A stretch of DNA of 64,000 nt from Phaeosaccion multiseriatum. Lineage: Eukaryota; Protista; Ochrophyta, other classes. Shown here piece after piece: positions 61,106-64,000 of this stretch (positions within the stretch are counted from its first letter, which is position 1; every line of letters begins with the position of its first letter). The DNA lies in NCBI GenBank assembly GCA_965112735.1, contig OZ218963.1:2170001-2234000 (forward strand). Reading direction: 5' to 3'. The translations under genes and the position numbers were made by a program. The notes under the pieces were generated by a model. It saw only the letters and a list, made by a program, of their open reading frames with translations. It searched no databases and was not told the origin of the DNA.

Positions 61106-63085
61106 ATGGCGGCCATGATGTTGCGGGACGCAGCAGGTTGCAGCTGCGGGTGTATATAAAAGTTGAGGTTAGTAGAACGGGGAAGGGTAAGAGGGGGAGA
61201 CGAGAACCAGGCGAAGTGGGGTGCTTTCCGTCGTTTGGAGCCCCTCTGAACGCCGCCCCCACAATCTTCTATCCCCTTTCTCAGGAAGTTCATCAGGCAG
61301 GGCCATGAGGCGTTCGCTCAAAAGGATTGATGATGATGCAGCCGATGCAGCAGTAGCAGCAGAAGCAGTGGAAACAGGAACGGAAGCAGCTGCTGCTGGG
61401 GAAGACTCCAAGGGTGTCTCCGCACCTGCAGCAGGCGATGAGAGCGAAGAGGAGGCCTTGGAGCGTCCGCCGCACCTGTTACCGACAGTGGAGGCATTTA
61501 TGGCACTGAACTTACGCTCAGACTTTAGCGACGACTCCTCGTCATCCCCACTCTCACTCGGGACTGGAACATCTCCGCCGTTTCTGGGGTGAGAGAGTTG
61601 TCCTTGTCTTTGCCGTTGCCGCTGACCCAACTGGACTGACCCAGGACGTCTGACACCTTCCGTCCGCTGCCTCCCCCCCGCGTGCTTTCCCTCGCCACAC
61701 TGCCGCGATTGGACAGTCGAGACAGCTCAGATGGGATGAGCCCGTTCCCGGAGGCGCTCAGACTGAGGAGCGTCCGGGTGGCGCAACAGCCCGCTGGGTT
61801 AGGAGGAGGGTCCGTCGCTGGTGGCTTCGTGCGGGAGCCGCAGCAAGAGGAGGGAGAGGGGAACGGGAAAGGCGTACCAATGAATATCTTTTTTCACCAT
61901 CAGTCGACGCGCGACGAGCCCAAGCAGCCCCTCCCCCAGCAACTGGGCGTCAAGAAGTCGATTTGCGGCGAGGGGGGGCTGTCGGTGCACCCCATTCCCC
62001 GTTTCTTCCAGCTGGAGCGGAGCAACTTTGCCATAGCGGCGGTGGGAGCTGAGCAGCTTCCTGCTCTGAAAATGGCGTTGGAGGGTGCTATGAAGGACGC
62101 CGAGTTGGATGTGGTCAAGTTTAGGGCGGACAAGTTCAACTGGACGTCGACATACTTTCAGGGCTGCAGGTACCTCAAGCTCAAGGTTCGGTGCTTTGTT
62201 CACCTCAGCTCCATCTGCGTTGAGCTGCAGCGTTACGACGGAGACGCTCTGACCTTCCACATGGTGGTGTCTCGTTTTGTCGCCGCCTTTCGTGGCGCCT
62301 ATGCGGAGGTGTACCCCATCGTCGGTACGTACCGCTACCCTTCAGGCGGTCATGTAAGCGCAAAAGCTCCAGCAGCAGCAGCAGCAGGAGGAGGAGGAGG
62401 AGGAGGTTGTGGTAGTGCGCTGCGGGGCGCCTACGCTACTTGCGGCAACAAGCTGGAACTCAAGCTGTATCCGGAGCGCCCGACGGCGGATGAGAGCAGT
62501 TACTTTCCCTCTCCGCCCCCTCCCCCAACATCGTCGTCGCCGTCTGCTGCGGCTGGTCAGGCCGAGAACGCTGCGAGAATGAATGTGGAGTGCCTTCTGA
62601 CCATGGTCCGGAGCAAGTTCCTTGATACGCAGGCGGAGGGAGTGAAGTGCCTTGCGGGCCTGTCGGAGAGGGCAGATGTCCGCGGCCTCTTGTCTGCGTG
62701 CGAAGGAGAGCTCAAAACTGCGCCCGAGCTGGCACGTATGCTCAAGTGCGACACTCCCCCCGCCATTCAGCGATTCGCGGTGGTCGTGCTCGCCAACCTC
62801 TCGCAAGACGATGACAGCGATATGAAGCAAGTCATGCTGCGTCGAGAACACGGCATTGTCACCGCCCTTGTCGATGTCCTGTTTACGGAAGGGGCCGAGA
62901 TTGGCGCCCAACGGGAGTGTGGGCGGGCGCTCGTGAACCTGGCTTCGCGGAGGGCGGCAGCCGAGACCATGAAGGAGACCTATGCAGAGGCCATGGATCG
63001 CCTGCTGGGCCTTCATCCTGACCGTTTTGAGGACCGGGTACTGCGCACTCGCTTGGAGTCGTTCCAAGAGCTGCTGCGGGTGTGA
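61106..63085 (+). CDS. Hypothetical protein with a KA1-like domain and C-terminal armadillo-like repeats
   Basis: Phase-consistent model: 61106-61136, 61285-61588 and ~61717-63085. KA1-like LKLKVRCF..ICVELQRYDGDALTFHMVVSRF. ARM-like LLTMVRSKFLDTQAEGVKCLAGLS, IQRFAVVVLANLS, AQRECGRALVNLA. Confidence 0.7.
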
Positions 63086-63399
63086 GGGGCAGCCACGACC
63101 ACGGACCACGACCATTTACCGCTGCCTCGGGCACTTCAGTATCATTTTCCTTTTCCCCTCCTGATGCATGTTTTCTTCAATTCGCAGTTGTTCCGTCACA
63201 TGTCTCTTTCTTACCCCCATGGAAGGGAAATGAGCAGTTCATTCTGCAGTGTTGAAAAACCATGTTACATTGTTACACCATCGAACTCTCTGACTTTCTG
63301 TACCATCTTCACACAGCTTGCTGGCTGATGCAGTCGCTGCTTGCTGGCTGATGCAGTCGCTGCTACTGCCCGAAGCCAGGGAGAGAGAGAGAGAGAGAC

Positions 63400-64000
63400 C
63401 TAGAGACACCGGATCACCTCCTCAGCCGCCTCGGAGAACTCTGACCCACTCAGCGACCTGATTGTGTTGGTAATCTCCACGTCGGCAGCTGTGGACTTGG
63501 CCACCGTCTCCACTTTGGACGACTCCGAGTCCGCGGCCAGCAGGGTACCGAGTGCCACTAATGCCCTGTACTTGCCGTCATCCTCCATAGTGCTCGAGCT
63601 CAACACCTCCTCAATCACCGCCACGAGCTGCTGCACCACCGATGCCTCTGAGTATTCCGGTACATCACCACCGCTGTATGCCCCCGCCCCCCCCCCCCCC
63701 GCCACCACGACAAGCCAGTGCCATGCGCTCCACCTCCGGCGATGTGACGGCCACAGCCAAATTGAGCAGAAGCGATGCGAGGGAGAGGCGAATGGTCTTG
63801 TTCGTGCTACCCACGTGCTCGGCAAACGTGTCAAGCAGGGCCGGTGCGAACCGCATCACGAGCTGGCGAGGGGTGGCGGCCTTGAGCAAGTTTACAAAGA
63901 ACCGGATGCCGCACAAGATCACGCCCACGGACTCCCGCCCCTCTCCGCACCGCTCAAGCACGGCCTTGACGAGATTGGGCCCATCAGTGGGGCCACCCAT
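63400..64000 (-). CDS. 3' end of a PUL-domain protein (PLAA/Doa1/Ufd3-like); partial, with an apparent frameshift in a G-run
   Basis: IRFFVNLL...NKTIRLSLASLLLNLAV (ORF 63665-64000) and KYRALVALGTLL...EVIRCL* (ORF 63400-63834) are PUL-domain hallmarks. The frames switch at the homopolymer 63681-63700. Confidence 0.75.

Overview
Eukaryotic nuclear DNA: intron-rich (GT-AG), GC-rich and packed with microsatellites. Two genes carry bipartite signal peptide + ASA-F plastid targeting motifs, so the source is most likely a photosynthetic stramenopile (ochrophyte); a eustigmatophyte-like alga is a guess from intron style. Genes read from hand-spliced exons, left to right: first exon of a probable mitochondrial YME1/FtsH protease (-); a small charged repeat protein (-); plastid ketol-acid reductoisomerase (+); a ~220-bp MITE-like element; a type-I membrane protein with a luminal/extracellular C2-like domain and acidic Glu/Thr/Ser repeats (+); a ~31-kb multi-exon gene combining a putative N-acylation motif, EF-hand, IQ, coiled coils, CLU, a split LamG, TPR-like helices and FBXL/AMN1-type LRRs (+); a plastid-targeted protein with six S1 domains (+); an alpha/beta hydrolase (-); ATP phosphoribosyltransferase (+); a degenerate coding-like stretch; a KA1-like + ARM protein (+); and the 3' end of a PUL-domain protein (-). 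No rRNA, tRNA or CRISPR array was recognised. All domain calls come from motif recognition by eye, not database searches. The giant CLU-LamG-LRR gene and the C2/acidic surface protein are the best candidates for uncharacterised biology.
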